DNA of 64,000 bases from Rhizodiscina lignyota (lineage: Eukaryota), in contig ML978127.1 of assembly GCA_010015805.1 (NCBI GenBank), positions 930,001 through 994,000 on the forward strand. The letters are read 5' to 3'. Position 1 is the first letter of the stretch; each line of letters begins with the position of its first letter. This document shows, piece after piece, positions 10,615 through 24,247 of the stretch. The translations under genes were made by a program, and so were the position numbers. The notes below the pieces were generated by a model, which did no database searches, was not told the DNA's origin, and was given only the letters and a program-made list of their open reading frames with translations.

Positions 10615-13600
10615 GTAGTAGTGAAAGGCACCATTGATGTGCGGTTGGTGACCGTCGTAGATTTGGATTTAGGGAGCGGTGGATTCGAATCTGGTAGAAC
10701 CTTGGTCAACACACCCCCACCTTTGTCGCAAAAGAGCACAAGCACTACGGAGTGGGCAAAAGTAGAAAACATACCACGCATGCATGATTACACAAGCCAC
10801 TGGACCAGGCGCAAGCAACGAGTGAGCTTGGGGATTATAAGGGAGGAGCGGTGAGTTTTTGACTCGGCGACAGTCAAATGTTCTGACGGACTTTTTTCCT
10901 TCAAGATTTAATGTCCAATCAACCAGTCGAGGAATTGAGTGTGATGTTGGTGTGGCGGCAGGGACTGGATGGATGCGAGAGCAACTCGATTGGTGGTGTT
11001 TCCGGCACGCGGGACAGTGTGAGTTAAGAAATACGAAAACCCACTGGTGCTGGCATTTTCAACAAAGTTCGTGCCTGAATAAAGTGGCAAGATAGAAGTC
11101 TACATGGCTATTTCAGCGAAAGCTTATGCCTACAATTTGGCTAGAAAACCCTGGCCGCTTGGGCTGGCCGATGGATCTCCAGACTATCTGACATAGGCAG
11201 GCGAGCCAGCTTTGCTCTGGTTCAGACCCTGTCCATCGGTAGGGACTAAGGGGCCGCTTGGTGGGCAATGGGTAGATTGAAGCATGGGGTTATGATTTTC
11301 CTACTGCGCGTGAGTACAGTAGGGCAGGCCCAGCAGCTCGTAACGACGGACGAGCACTGATGTCCGCCCAGGATGTCTGGCCGGAGAAGCCAATCACACG
11401 TGGAATTCTTGAAGTGGCCGATTCGGAGATGCCGGTGAGAAGTTCTCGTTGGGTGCTGTGAAAAAATTCCTCGCAGGCATGCCCTCTGCATTCGCTAGGG
11501 CCCGGAGAAGTCTCGCCACATCGGAAGGGCCCGACTAGACTGCACAGCCCTTTGCCGACGGAGACAAGGGAAAAGGTGAATTCTGCAGTTGGTATTGTGT
11601 TCTCGAACTTCCTGCCATGGCCCTTATCGACACATCTAATCAACCTGGCGAGCTCCTTAGGCTTCGGCGGCTTTTGGGTATGACTGCAGGGCTGCAAGGA
11701 TAGAAAATTGTACATCCCAGCGAGAGGCTTGCTCTCTGGCTCGTGCTATTGGAGCTCTCCTCCGGTACCGAAGAACTTATTCATCGTGCTTGTTGCCAAG
11801 TAGGGCCATTACAAGTGACTCGCCAAGGGAATCGCTCTGCACAAGGCGATATGACGACGGTAGTGAGCGATGGCCTTAGTAGTTAGGAGCTGGCTAGTGG
11901 AGAACTTGTCACTGTGAGCGTGGAGGGGACTGTGTCGGACCATGGTCGCTGTAACGCTCTGGACTCGTCCAGTGGGAGAACGCCCGTCACATTCGGCGCA
12001 AGCGAAAATGACCCACAGTGGAGCAGAATGTGGCTGTTGGTCGCCTGTACTGCCCATTCGAAGAGCTTTCACACCGTTTTGCAGTGTCGCCATCGCGCTG
12101 GTGGCGTTTACAAGCAGCCCCTGTCATCTGTAGACGCGGACGATTTTCCGCTACGAAGCTAGTGCATGTGCAAGTAAGAAGCCGCTGGCGTCAAAAGCTG
12201 TCCTTGACTTCATCCATCCCTCGAGGGGCAAGTCGTCGCATGCGGAGAATGCCAAAAGTTGCGCTCAACGCTCTGGATGGACGTCCCTTGGTGACGGAGC
12301 TCCTCCCGCGGTCGGCAGCATGATGCAACGTGCCGATCTCCACGAGAGAGGTTCGCATTAGCCAGCCAAGCGTCCCATTCCGCACTGCACACTGAGCTGC
12401 TGGGTTTCCGAGCCCACCAACCTGCTCTCACCCTCTGCCCCGGTAGCCGCATGGCTGGGAAGACTCGGATTGCAGCTGTACCAACATCGCGAGCTTCCGG
12501 CTGATGAGAGGGTGGTGCCTTGCAGATCGATCGAGCCGGCGCCGGACCCGTCGATGGCGTGGACAGCGCGCGGCCAGTCGGTCTCGAGGCTTCTTTGTTG
12601 GGGCTGCCTGTTCCATGCTTCAGTGTCCAGCTGTGGCTAGGTGCTTGGAGGAATCAATTCCTTCAAGCTAGTTAGCCGAAGAGAGCGTAGACGATATAGG
12701 CCACTGGTACATTGGACATCACAACCGACTTCGGCCCGACTCAGAGGGCAGCTATGTACGGCGGACACATCTTGGTACGTTAGCCCGTTAGCTGCTGCAG
12801 CCGGGGATGCGCACCGGTTCCCAGGGTCGCATGCTGTTACTGCTGCACTCATCCGGAGGCGCTTGTCTCGCGTGTGGGTGATTGCGATCCGGTTCTCAGG
12901 GGACAGCAAGAAAGGGTTTCCATGCGGATCTTCGCCGCGGCGGAGCGCACTGGCGCCGAACTGAACCGGCCCTTCATCGTTGCATCACGATGTTGGGGAT
13001 TGATGGCGAAATGTGAAAGGAACCGTGCAGATCATCGCGTGGGTTGATCGCCGCGGACTTAGCCGGCGGGTGGTTGCACCCTTTGCGACGGACGTGGAGG
13101 TGCATATCAATCTGGCACCTCCTACAGCTCTTGCTTGTAGCTTGGTTGATCATTGACTTTCCCATTTCATTCCTGGTCCTCCAATGGAACGTCTCGTTAC
13201 AACGACCGCAACAAATTCCCGGATTGCGCCGAGGCCTCCGAGGCCCAGATGGGGGCGAGGAAGACGTGTGAGCCCTAGCCACACACCAGCCCCAGTTGCA
13301 CTCCGCCACAGTGTGGGAAGCCAGCTTGTAAAGGCTCGCCTGGCTCTTGACAATGGGTATCAGCGAGACGATCAACATCTGCCTGAGTTCAGCCTGTATT
13401 GCTGCTGCCAGATCCTAGCATCCGACGGCACCACCTTCCTGATACTGGACAGGATAGAGCTTCTAGAGCGGTCTGTATCATAAAGAGATATGAATGCGAT
13501 GTGCAAGGAATCAATATTGTGGCGTAATGGCATTCATGCCATATTGCTTTTAGAGGATTTGCGTGGGATGAAGAAAATCAGCCTCTACGTGGCGGCAATG

Positions 13601-15193
13601 CTGCCAGAGGAACGGATGCCAAGATGGCGAGAAATCCTGCTCCATACGATTGGAGCAAATGACGAAGCAATATGCAGGTGAGAAAGAATATGGTGCTGAA
13701 TGAAAGCAGGATATTATGACCACCAACGACTTGGACTTATCCTTTGAGATGATGTGCAGGTTGACATGGTTGGGGAGCCGACATCATGTTTGATCCCGAA
13801 GCTGGAGAAGAGAGCGCCCTGGGATGAAGTGTTTTTCTATGCACTGCATCCCTATACTTGGCGGCCTGCCTCGAAGACTACTGGGAGCACGACTACTGTC
13901 CGGACTCTTTGCGCGAAAGTTTCTTCCTTTTGCGCCAACACTCTTTGCAATGAGCTGTCTTCCACTACTGGGGCATATCTCAACAAAGTAAGCCAAGCCA
14001 TGATGTAACCATTTCCTAACTTTATCACTATCGTTCAGTCTGTACTTCCTGCATGTGTTTCTGGCTACTCGTTTCACGTGTTGGAAGATCTTTTCTGTCC
14101 ATTGTGTTTTGTTGGAGAGGATGCGGAGACTTCTGTACCACTTGGAATCTGGCACGGTTCATACCATGCGGACGCTCGTAGAACCGTATACGAGAGCCTG
14201 CAAGCGATATCCATTTTCCCCAGTGGCTTCGTCTTTGGAGATGAATCTGCGACATCATGTTTGACTTCGTCATCCGAGAAGCCTTGAATGCAAGACTTGA
14301 AATTAAGGAGTACCTGATATCAATCAAGTATTATCCCCTCTGACTACATGCGAGGCCACGGCAAAGACCTCAACCCCAAGCAAACCTCATGTCCCAATTC
14401 CACTCTTTGACAAGCAGTAGTTGATAGATCTACTTCCGCCGCTACTCGACACAGACTCACAGTCCACTGACTGTTGTCTCTACCCGGCTACGCCGAACCA
14501 AGTGGTATACCGCGATTCTATACTCAAGGCAACTCTCTAATATGCCACCGGAACACGCTTAGGAGGCATTTCAAACGAACTTACTTTCCTGTGCGGTTGC
14601 AGAATTCCACCGGCAATCCAACCTTCCATCTGCATCCATCTACAAAAGCCAAATATATTCACTCACTCAGGATTCCGAACGGTTCTTATCATTCCAACAT
14701 CTCGGGGGCTCATGGATGGTGCAAGAAGCAATAACTTAAACACATCACATAACCACAGTACTACTCAAGTACTCACGCGGGTAGACCACTTCCATTTCTG
14801 CTCATCTTCTTCCAACTATCCACGCCGCCTTCTCATACTCGCTCACACCCCTCTACATCATTACTCTCTCTCTATCCTTCACAATCTTAAGATCTCCTCC
14901 ACAGTCACATTCGATCTCCAATTCTTTTTCACAGGTAAACTGCTTCAAAAAGCGAGCTATCAAATCTCCAGCATTATTCACTCTCGATGCACAAATTATC
15001 TATACTTTACGCTAGCATTGTCTGCACTGAGTCTCCTAAGACTTACTTCCTACGGATTAACTTGGGACATCTTCAACTCAGACCCGTACACCTCGGACCT
15101 GACGACATTCGCTCAACGAAATCCAAAGATCACCATCATCCATCCATATCCACAACTATCAAAGATTGCCTCATCTATCATCGACGGGAAAGA

Positions 15194-15880
15194 TGCCCGT
15201 GAAGGCCGTCAGCGTCGTCCACGCGATCCGCCACCGCGTCGTGTGTATGAGCCATTCCCGGTTTAAAATTGCTTGGCGAGATACCTGAATTGTATACGAA
15301 AGATGAAATCAAGCACATACTACAGAAATACAATTCTCGCTGTAACATGAAGCAAGCTGGACGAAGCCCTCAGAACTATCTTCTGGGTGAACTTGCTGCT
15401 TTGAACATGACGCTGCGGCCTGACGGAATCGGAGCACCGGAGCGTCTCGAAATTCCGAGTCGCAATGTCAACATCGTTCCTGAGCGCCACCAGATTCTCG
15501 ACGATAACGGGGATTACGTCCCGAGCGCCTATTCGAAGGGACAACTGCCGATGACTTGGAGCGACATTGAGCCAAAGGTGAAAGAGATGGTGAAACACGC
15601 CCATGCCGAGCATGAGCCCGACCCAAATCTTGTCGGACCCGTCCGGATCTGCGTCGAGTGTCGGCAAAACGCGCGGAGCTAATTTCCCTGAAGAGATGAC
15701 TGCGCTGTGCAATCACCCACAAAATCAGTGCGATCAGTGTGTTGCGAGATACATCACTGAAATCATTCAGGATGGAGAGGGCGACAGAACAACCTTTTCT
15801 GTCCCGACTACGAGCAGGACGTGGATGAGGAGCATGTCCGAAAGCTCACTTTTCAGCGACCTTCAAGAAGTATGAATTTA
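15194..15880 (+). pseudogene. Frameshifted RING-finger (RBR/IBR E3 ligase-like RING1) gene remnant
   Basis: ICVEC / ANFPEEMTALCNH..QCDQCVARYI..I / CPDY....EHVRKL / TFKKYE lie in successive different frames, switching near short A/T runs. Confidence 0.55.
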
Positions 15881-16380
15881 TGAATTTTTAAGACTTAAAA
15901 GCTGGTTTTCTCGCAGGTACTGCATTATGGATTAATCTCCGCATGTGAAAATGATCTCCTCCTTCGAAAATATTTTATGAAAGACCTTGCGATGACACGG
16001 AAGAAAGCTAATCTTTGACTCCCTTCTTGTCTGGCGTTTGAGACATGGCTGACTAGGATATTGGGAGTTTACTCATTCGGTGTTGGGCGATTACTCGGCG
16101 GGCTATTAGTCTTTCCACGATTGCTGGCCTTCAAAATTCTGTGTGCTTACCAGATCTTGAATAGACATGATTTTTCAGGTCACTGAGACAAGGAGTTTGA
16201 GGTTGATGGGCGTGGGATATCCCTGCGACGCACTGGGTTCGGATAATATATTTATTAAATGATGTCCGCTATCATTTGCAGGATTGTGCTGACTGCTGAG
16301 CATACGGAGACAAAGACACGAGCGTGTCCTCCGCTGGCTGTTTTGTACTACTTGAAATGTAAACAATGGCCCAGCCTTTT

Positions 16381-17085
16381 TGACGTCTACCATGCTAAAT
16401 TTGAGACGTGTTTTCTTCTATTTAGCCCGTGCTATGCTTTACAGACTCAGTTAAAGCAGGAGCCAGGAGCCACCTCGAAATTGCGTGTAGCATTGCATAG
16501 AATAGTGCTATCTTGATTAATCACTACCTACGGGGGGGTAGCGGACTGCGGCCTTGTTCACAAAGGTACGTAATTTGTCGGCATACTCTCCTGTTGGTAG
16601 AGTGTCATTGTCCACCCAAGCTTATGTCGAGTACATTTTCCACGTGGAACTTATGTGCGTGTGACGTAGCGTGGCTCTACTGAATGGTGGGAATGAGCCT
16701 CTGACGTACATACGGAGTATAACCCGCCCCCCTAAAGTGGCCTCGTGCCGTGAACCTAGCTGCTGGAGTGAAGGATCTGTCACAAGCGGCCAATAGCTGC
16801 ACCAAGCCAGCGGGAAATCACGATTGCATGCATAATTGAGCGCGTGGCTGTGTGGAGCTTGAACAAATCGGATCGGATTGTGAGAAATGCCATGTTGTGC
16901 CGAATCGACTTTTTGCCCCGCGTTTTTCATGTGGTCTGGTGGGGCAGCCACTTCCACCCGCAAACTTTTGCATGATGACGTCGAGATTTCATCGTGACCT
17001 CTTCATGAGGCCGTGAGCTGAGCCGCGCGAAAGCGGCCAACAGCAAGCGGCAGGAGTGTTGTTGCCTAGAGGTAGAGTATTTAAA
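16381..17085 (+). promoter_or_regulatory. Stress-type promoter of the hsp12 gene: four TGACGT (CRE/Atf1-like) sites and a TATTTAAA box
   Basis: TGACGT at 16381, 16662, 16702, 16976; TATTTAAA at 17078-17085, then a CT/CA-rich leader before ATG 17198. Confidence 0.5.
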
Positions 17086-17197
17086 GACCCTTCCTTTCCT
17101 CGCCAACTGTTCTTCTCTCTACCTCACAAAGCCAAGCACAAAACTTCAAAACACCTTCAAATCACAACTTCAAACCTCACTCATCCAAACAATCATC

Positions 17198-17619
17198 ATG
17201 TCTGATTCAGCACGCAAGGGTCTCGGCGAGCAGGTGAGTTAATCCAGACATCGCTGCCGCCGTCAATCAAGATCTATAAATCTAACACGCGGATCAGGCG
17301 CAGGAGAAGGTCACTCCTGACTCGCAGAAGTCGACATTCGAGCAGGCCAAGGAGGGCGTCACTGGTACCGCCGACCGTGCTGCCGGTGCTGCTCAGCCTG
17401 ACGACCAGAAGTCCACCACTCAGAAGATGGGTGACTCTGTCCGTGGCACCTCTGACGATACATCCGAGCAGGTAAGAGCCCATCTCGATGAAGCCTCCTC
17501 ACTGGCAACATACGCTAACATGTGACCTCCAGAGCAAGAGCTACGTGCAGTCTGCCCAGGAGGGTCTCTCTGGCGCTGCCCAGAGCGTCAAGGACACCTT
17601 CTCCGGTGACAAGAAGTAA
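17198..17619 (+). CDS. hsp12: Hsp9/Hsp12-family small stress protein (98 aa), 3 exons; missed by the ORF track
   Basis: MSDSARKGLGEQ|AQEKVTPDSQKSTFEQAKEGVTGTADRAAGAAQPDDQKSTTQK... Introns 17234-17297 and 17472-17532. Confidence 0.88.
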
Positions 17620-19205
17620 ACACGCCTTGGCCGTTTACCTTTCCGGGATGCTTCTTCCCCTCGATACCTTTCCCTCTCAATTCGATCGACACTACTTCTT
17701 CCTTCTCTTCGCCACTTGAAACGACCTTTGCAGCTTTGATGGAGGGTTTTCTTATCTTCAGCGGGCGGATGTGATCCGGATGCAGTTGGTGGGGCGTGGC
17801 ATGGGCTTTCACTTCTAGGTACACAAATTGCATACGACAGTCATGACATATGATACGTAGAATCATGAATCGAATGCTCTGACAAATTATGAGCCTCCCT
17901 TTGTCTTATTGCTCCTCGTGAAGATTCTTGCGATCAACTCGCTATCCAATTTACCTGATTGGGTATATGTATAAAGCTGCGGTATTTATGTCTCATGACT
18001 CTTCATGATTGGTTGTTGTACTGTTGAGGATCGGATCGTTCGTGATTGTCAGTGGGGCTGGACAACTCGGATCAAGTATCAAGGCGCGGCTGAAGTTTTG
18101 ATTGATGCGATTTGAGGCTGGTCGGCTCTATAATGGTCATCGGACATAGGCTGACAAGCACATACTCACGCGCTCTATCGCGTATGGAGACAGCAGACTC
18201 CTATTTCGATATCGATCCTAGCATCGAAACAATCCACAGCCTCAACATATGCAAATGTGAAGATCTTATGGTTCGCAAAAGATACGTCATTCCTGAATCC
18301 GCGATATAAGCGGCCAGTGGTCACTGTGGAAGATGAGCAAAGGTCAGTTGACCGTATGCCTCGCAGGGTTGTGCAAGTGAAACGTCTCCCAACAGCAGAA
18401 CGCGCCATCCCTCTTTCGGCAGCGTGCAGAGATGCGCAGGAACGTCAGATACGCAAACAACCACGTTTCTGGAGCGTCAGTTTGATGCGCTGAATTCTTG
18501 TGCAACAAGACGTCAGAGATGAGCAACTGAGCAGCCGAATGCTCACGGCGGCGAGAGCAAGCAGTCTTGATATGTGCTTTGTCGAGAGCCTTAAGGCGTC
18601 TCACGTATGTATAGGCATCGGGGCCGAACTACTAAGGGAGCCAGCGTATAGGGAGCACCGGAATGAGAGCTTCGCTGTGCTCGAATGCTCAGTTTGGCAA
18701 CGTCTTTGGCATCATTTGGGACTTAATGACGTCGATCAACTGCGCTGCGCTGCGCTTTCCCAAATTTGATGCATCAGTCGGCCTCACGCGTGACACTTTC
18801 GCGCGTATCCTCAGCTATCTCCTTGACCAAACACGCTTCCTTACATATCACGATGCGCCGCTGGGCCTGAAAAGGTCATGTTGTGCCCATTCTCCTCTCG
18901 CAACCCCTTTGTCACGAAAGTGAAGTCTACTTTCCCGTTCCCTTACTTTGTTCTTACACCTTCTTAATCAGAGCACCGATTCTCTTCTGCAACTCAGGGG
19001 CGTCATCTGATCACGCCAGTTAAAGCTAAGGTTAAAGAGAACGAGATCTCCGCGGAACTCTACTTCACCCTTGGCGTCACTGCTTCACATCGTCGAACAC
19101 AGCCATCACATCAAGACAGTTGACATTCCTGCACGAACAGAACAGCAGCTCTTTCGTCGGCCATCTTCTCTGCCACTCAAGCTAATCTCAGTTTAATCTC
19201 GAAGC

Positions 19206-20750
19206 ATGGCTCACCACGAACTCGCTCTTCATGCACTCAGCTTCGGCATCGACAAGATCCCAGACAAGTTTTGGCATTCCATACCCGGGGGATATTTCAA
19301 GCCCAAAGAACTGGAGAAGGTGAAGGAAAAGGCTAAAGAGAAGGTCGAAAGCTTGACGCATCATCAGCGCCGCCGAAGCGGGTCTGAATACAACGGTCGA
19401 AGAAGCGGAGGTGATGAAGACCGTGGACACCGTCCCAGACGTGCTGCATCTCTCGACGGCTCAGATTACAGCGATGACGAGGCGGATCGAGAGCATCGAA
19501 GGGGCAGAGAACGACGCGAGAGAGGCCATGGACGCAAGTCCGAGCGCGAATACCGCGATGAGAGGCCATTCGATAATAGCAATCATCGCGCCTCTCTTGG
19601 TGGATTGAGCAGCCCGACAGCCCATCGACCTTCGACAGCACCTAGTCCGTATCCTCCGCAGGTCTATAATCCCGCGGCATATGCTGGATCTCCAGTTGGG
19701 CAGCAAATTCCGTACCAATATCCTGCTTCACATGCACCACCGGTAAGTCCTGCCTTCGATGTTGGTGCCCAACGAAGCTCTGACAGCTCTATACAGATGA
19801 CATATTCGGGTCAAGAAAGTGCTCGAAGTAGCCGGTCGTCCTCTGCTCAGCCTATGTGGTCCGGTGAAAGCAGTCGCCGCTCAAGCACCTATCAGCAGAA
19901 CAATTACTCACCCCCAACTGGCTATAGTCCTCCAAAGCATAGTCAGACGATGCCAACTCCCCCTCATCAAGCGTGGCACTCGCATCCGGCATACCATGGA
20001 GGAGCACCTCTTTCGGCTGCGGCGAGCAAATACACTCCTGCACAGCATCCTAGCCTTCACATCTATACACAGTTCCCAGCAGGATCGGACCAACAGTCAC
20101 CGATCCCCCAGCCTCAGCAAAATAATCCACAGTATGCCTCCCCAAGTGCAACTCCTACTCAACACTCTCCATTTCCAAACCCTCAGTTGTCACCTTTTGT
20201 CCTTCCTCAGTATTCTCCGCTTGTCCGCTCACAGACTTCTCCTGCTGTCCAATCTCAGGCTTCGCCTGTGGCAGGACCACAGTTATCACCACTTCAATTC
20301 CCTCAGTTTCAGCACTTTTCCATTCCTCCCCGTTCTCCCCAGCTTCACAATTCTCCATATTCTTATCCAAGCACATACTCACCATACCAACAGCCCGCAG
20401 CACTACAGTCCCCACCCCCTTTCAGCCTACAAAACCCACTATCCCGCCACGGTAGCATCTCCAATCGCAATCAACAACATGTCGTCCCCGGCACCGGTGC
20501 ATTCATCGGCCCACAACAACAGCACCGTTCCCGGCGCGACTCCGCAAGCAGCGGCGGCAGCAACGCAGCGTACAGCCCGCGGAGCCGCACGTCAAGCCTA
20601 AGTGTGGAAACCAGGCATGATGGTGGAAGGCGGGAAAGCATCAGCAGGAGGGACAGCTTTGGTAGAAAGGAGAGGAGTCGGCATCATAACCGGACACAGA
20701 GTGGGCGGAGAGAACGACTGGAAGATTTGAAAGATGCAAGCGAGGGTTGA
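19206..20750 (+). CDS. Hypothetical, largely disordered protein (R/E-rich then P/S/Q-rich)
   Basis: 514-aa intronless ORF; ordered-looking N-terminus (LSFGIDKIPDKFWHSIPGGYF) followed by low-complexity sequence with many SP motifs. Confidence 0.75.
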   Translation: MAHHELALHALSFGIDKIPDKFWHSIPGGYFKPKELEKVKEKAKEKVESLTHHQRRRSGSEYNGRRSGGDEDRGHRPRRAASLDGSDYSDDEADREHRRGRERRERGHGRKSEREYRDERPFDNSNHRASLGGLSSPTAHRPSTAPSPYPPQVYNPAAYAGSPVGQQIPYQYPASHAPPVSPAFDVGAQRSSDSSIQMTYSGQESARSSRSSSAQPMWSGESSRRSSTYQQNNYSPPTGYSPPKHSQTMPTPPHQAWHSHPAYHGGAPLSAAASKYTPAQHPSLHIYTQFPAGSDQQSPIPQPQQNNPQYASPSATPTQHSPFPNPQLSPFVLPQYSPLVRSQTSPAVQSQASPVAGPQLSPLQFPQFQHFSIPPRSPQLHNSPYSYPSTYSPYQQPAALQSPPPFSLQNPLSRHGSISNRNQQHVVPGTGAFIGPQQQHRSRRDSASSGGSNAAYSPRSRTSSLSVETRHDGGRRESISRRDSFGRKERSRHHNRTQSGRRERLEDLKDASEG

Positions 20751-21743
20751 TGATGGAGTTTGGAGGTATCACAAGGAAGGTTTCCGGCGATATGGCAATG
20801 GAATGGTGGGTGATATTGCGGTGATGAAGATGATGAAGATGTGGATGCTTGAAAAGGCCAAAAGGCCAAGAAAAAGCATCAAAGGGCCTGGGACTGGAGT
20901 TGAAGATAATGCTCTTTTCTTTTGGTTATGGATTTTCATTTCCTTTGAAGTTCCCTCTTCTAAATCCCTTTATTGCCCACATCGACCTTTTGCGTGTTTA
21001 GCGTAGCGAAGCATCGGAGTTGGGACAAGCGAGAATGACGAAGTGACGACTGACGACTTCACGAGAATGGCTCACGAATTACGACTTTATACCAGATTGG
21101 CAACAGGCCCACCTCACTCAAATTGCTATTATCTTCTTTGGTCTGTATTATAGAGAAGCTTACTCAATATGCTACGTCTCCGCGTTTGCGTTATATTTCG
21201 CTACTCGGTTTGCTGTGACGGTGCTACAACTCCCCTGAGCATAAAATTTACCAATATGTCTTGATGATTGACATGACAAATCGCTCATTACAATAATCTA
21301 ATCAGCACTCTGAATACTTCCACGTTTATTCCTCTGTGCTGGGAAGAGACTTGACGCCACAGACGCCACAATACTTATACGATGTAGATGTGGCTTGCCT
21401 GACCCTTCACCCTTGCTCAAGTTCTGGCTTCGGAGGCTGATCCATGCGTTGTCCGCGACGTTCTCATGACGATCCTCCGCCTTTACATCGCATTTAAGCT
21501 TCCCCATCTCTCGCTGCGACCTTCTCCGGCCTGTACTACTCTTTATACGGTAGCTTGAACGCGCTGCGGGGCTCATTTGAATCCACCAACGACCTGCTCG
21601 AACACTCAAATACCGTCGTACTACCTCGCGACTTCAGACCGCCGTGAAACCAGGACAACAGCTCCAGCTCAGACGATGGAGCCGAGGCGGTGTGGTCGAT
21701 GATAATCGTCCTGGTCGCCCGCGACAATCCAGCTATAGTCGCG

Positions 21744-23784
21744 ATGGGGGAGTTGTCGCCTGGCGCTTCAATAGCGGTAAGGCAGCAATATTTCATTCCG
21801 AAGATGCATATCCAGCTCCATCGCATCCTTGCGTTACAAGCCCGGAGAAGCGCGTAAGATGGGCTATACGCTAATTCATGGATGCAACAGCTCGGTGTCA
21901 TCGTCGGATTATGCTCTACTAGCGTCCAAAGCATTGGTTTGACCCTTCAGCGCAAATCACACCTCCTGGAAGATGAGAAGGAAGATGAATACGCGCGGCG
22001 TCCTCCATATCGCAGGCGGAGATGGCAGGTCAGATAACCTATGCGAGGAGGGATTGTGTTAATGAACTTCTACGTGCTCACAATGAGTGCAGGTGGGAAT
22101 GCTCATGTTCCTCATCGCCAATATCGTCGGCAGCACCGTCCAGATCACCACCCTCCCTCTGCCTGTTCTTTCCACACTCCAAGCGTCCGGCCTCGTCTTC
22201 AATACGATATGTGCCACCATCCTCCTACACGAACCCTTTACACGCTACTCTCTCCTCGGTACATTGCTGGTTGCAGGCGGTGCCGTTCTAATTGGCACAT
22301 TTGGTGCAATGACCGAACCCTCACACAATCTCACACAACTACTCGACCTTCTCGCGCGCCGTAACTTCCTCTTATGGCTTTTCGGGACATTCTTCCTCGT
22401 TATAATCATCATCATAGTATCCTGGCTGACTGCGCGCCTACATCCAAAACTGGGTTCAAGATCAACCGCTCGATTGCGTCTGCTGCAGGGCATGATGTAC
22501 GGTGCAATCAGCGGCATTCTCTCGGCACACTGCCTCCTTGTCGCCAAATCCGCCGTGGAATTGCTCGTTCGCACGATCGTCGATCGGCACAATCAGTTCA
22601 ACAAGTGGCAATCATGGATTATCCTGCTCGCGCTCGTAGTACTTGCGCTCAGCCAGCTTTACTATCTCCATCGCGGGCTGAAGCTGTGCTCAACTTCTGT
22701 CCTCTACCCATTCGTATTCTGCGTCTACAACATCATTGCTATCCTCGATGGTCTCATATACTTCCGCCAAACATCCCGACTGCCTGTTCTTCACGCTCTA
22801 CTTATCGCCCTTGGAACTGTAATCCTTCTCGCCGGCGTCGTCGCGCTGAGCTGGCGTCTTGACGAACCAACAGCTTACACCCCAATCGCAACGGATGATA
22901 CTGGGAGAGCAAGGAGGGCGCGCAGCATGAGCCGGATCGCAACGCCAACAATCCCGCAAACCGTCTTAGCGCCCGGAATGGGTATTGTGGAAGGCACGCC
23001 TTCATCTGCTCTCGACGACGATGAGGAGCTGGAGGAGGAAGCAGAACGTGTCAGTCCCGAAGACGAAGAATCGGTCCTCCGTACCGCACATAAACCCAGT
23101 GTCCATGCCACTGAATCAACGCCTCTGCTACGCACAACAACTATGCCAAACCCTCCGATTCGGGGAGCGAGGTCGCCAGCTGAAAGGAAGCGTGAGAGTT
23201 TGAGTGGCTCAGGCTCGAGCATTCGCCCACAGAAAATGCGCCGCACGACTATTACTGCTCCTGGTGCTGCGGAAGAGCTGTGGGATGAGCTGATTGAGAA
23301 TGATGGCTACAGGCGACGTTCTGTTGACTTTGAATCGATGACGGGACAGAAACGAAGCCCTTCCGGGGTAGGCTCTGCATCCGGATCTCAGAGATCGCCC
23401 GCCAGCGTAAGATGGAAGACCAAACCGAGCCCTGCTGGTCAAAGGAATGGAAACGGAAACATGTCACATGGGCGGGGGGCATCGATTGTAAGTGGAAGAT
23501 TGCTGGATCCAAGAAATTGGTCGCTGTTCAATGATGATGCTGCGGATACAGTGAAAAGCCCGAGGTCGATGGAAGAGGAGGCCGAGACTGATGGGAGTGA
23601 CGATGTGGCACATGCGAGTGCTACTACTCCTCCGCCCAAGCATGGAAGGTCAAGGAGCGACAGTGAGGCACAACGGGACCCTGGACCGGTTGAATGGTTC
23701 AAATTGAAATGGTGGAGGAAGCGATGGAGAGGCAACGATGGGGGTGGTAGCAGCAATGGAAGTGGAAGTGGACGGAGCCCTTGA
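21744..23784 (+). CDS. NIPA/DUF803-family (putative Mg2+ transporter) membrane protein, 3 exons
   Basis: MGELSPGASIA|LGVIVGLCSTSVQSIGLTLQRKSH...RRRRWQ|VGMLMFLIANIVGSTVQITTLPLPVLSTLQASGLVFN; multiple TM segments and a disordered tail. Confidence 0.85.
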
Positions 23785-24247
23785 ATGAAGCGCGTGAATT
23801 TGCATGAGCGTTGATAGGCGTGTAATGGGGTCGACGTTATATACCCAGAACGTATCAATTTCGTTTGTGACGAGAAACCTCTTCGATTCGTCCGCTAAAG
23901 TAAAACGCCTGGAATCTAAATACACAGTGGACGAAGAAATCTTGTGATGGATTGAAGACCATTGTCTTCGAACTAAATGCATGGGAATCTAGGTGAAAAT
24001 GGTGAATGAATGTGACTGGTCCAGTCGACATCTATCCCCTGCCAAGCCATGCCTTAGCTTGAGTGATTCTACACCCAGAATATCCTATTCTCCTCCCAAG
24101 CGCTTGCCTCGTGCCGTTGCTAGCAACTCATCTCTCTCCATCGTGATACCTCTAGCTTCCGAACCATATTGTCTTCCGGTCGGCGCTCAACATAGCCGTC
24201 CTTTTGTGCCTCCCCTTCCACCACCCAATCCATCTATCGACGTCTCT

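Noticed and set aside
18100..18930. Several short overlapping ORFs between hsp12 and the 19206 gene
   Set aside because: No recognisable domain, no consistent splice path and no clear codon bias
19333..20601. Long alternative-frame and antisense ORFs overlapping real genes (also at 23993-24571, 30182-30886, 41558-42109, 61723-62397)
   Set aside because: Shadow ORFs arising from codon bias of the true CDS; no motifs of their own
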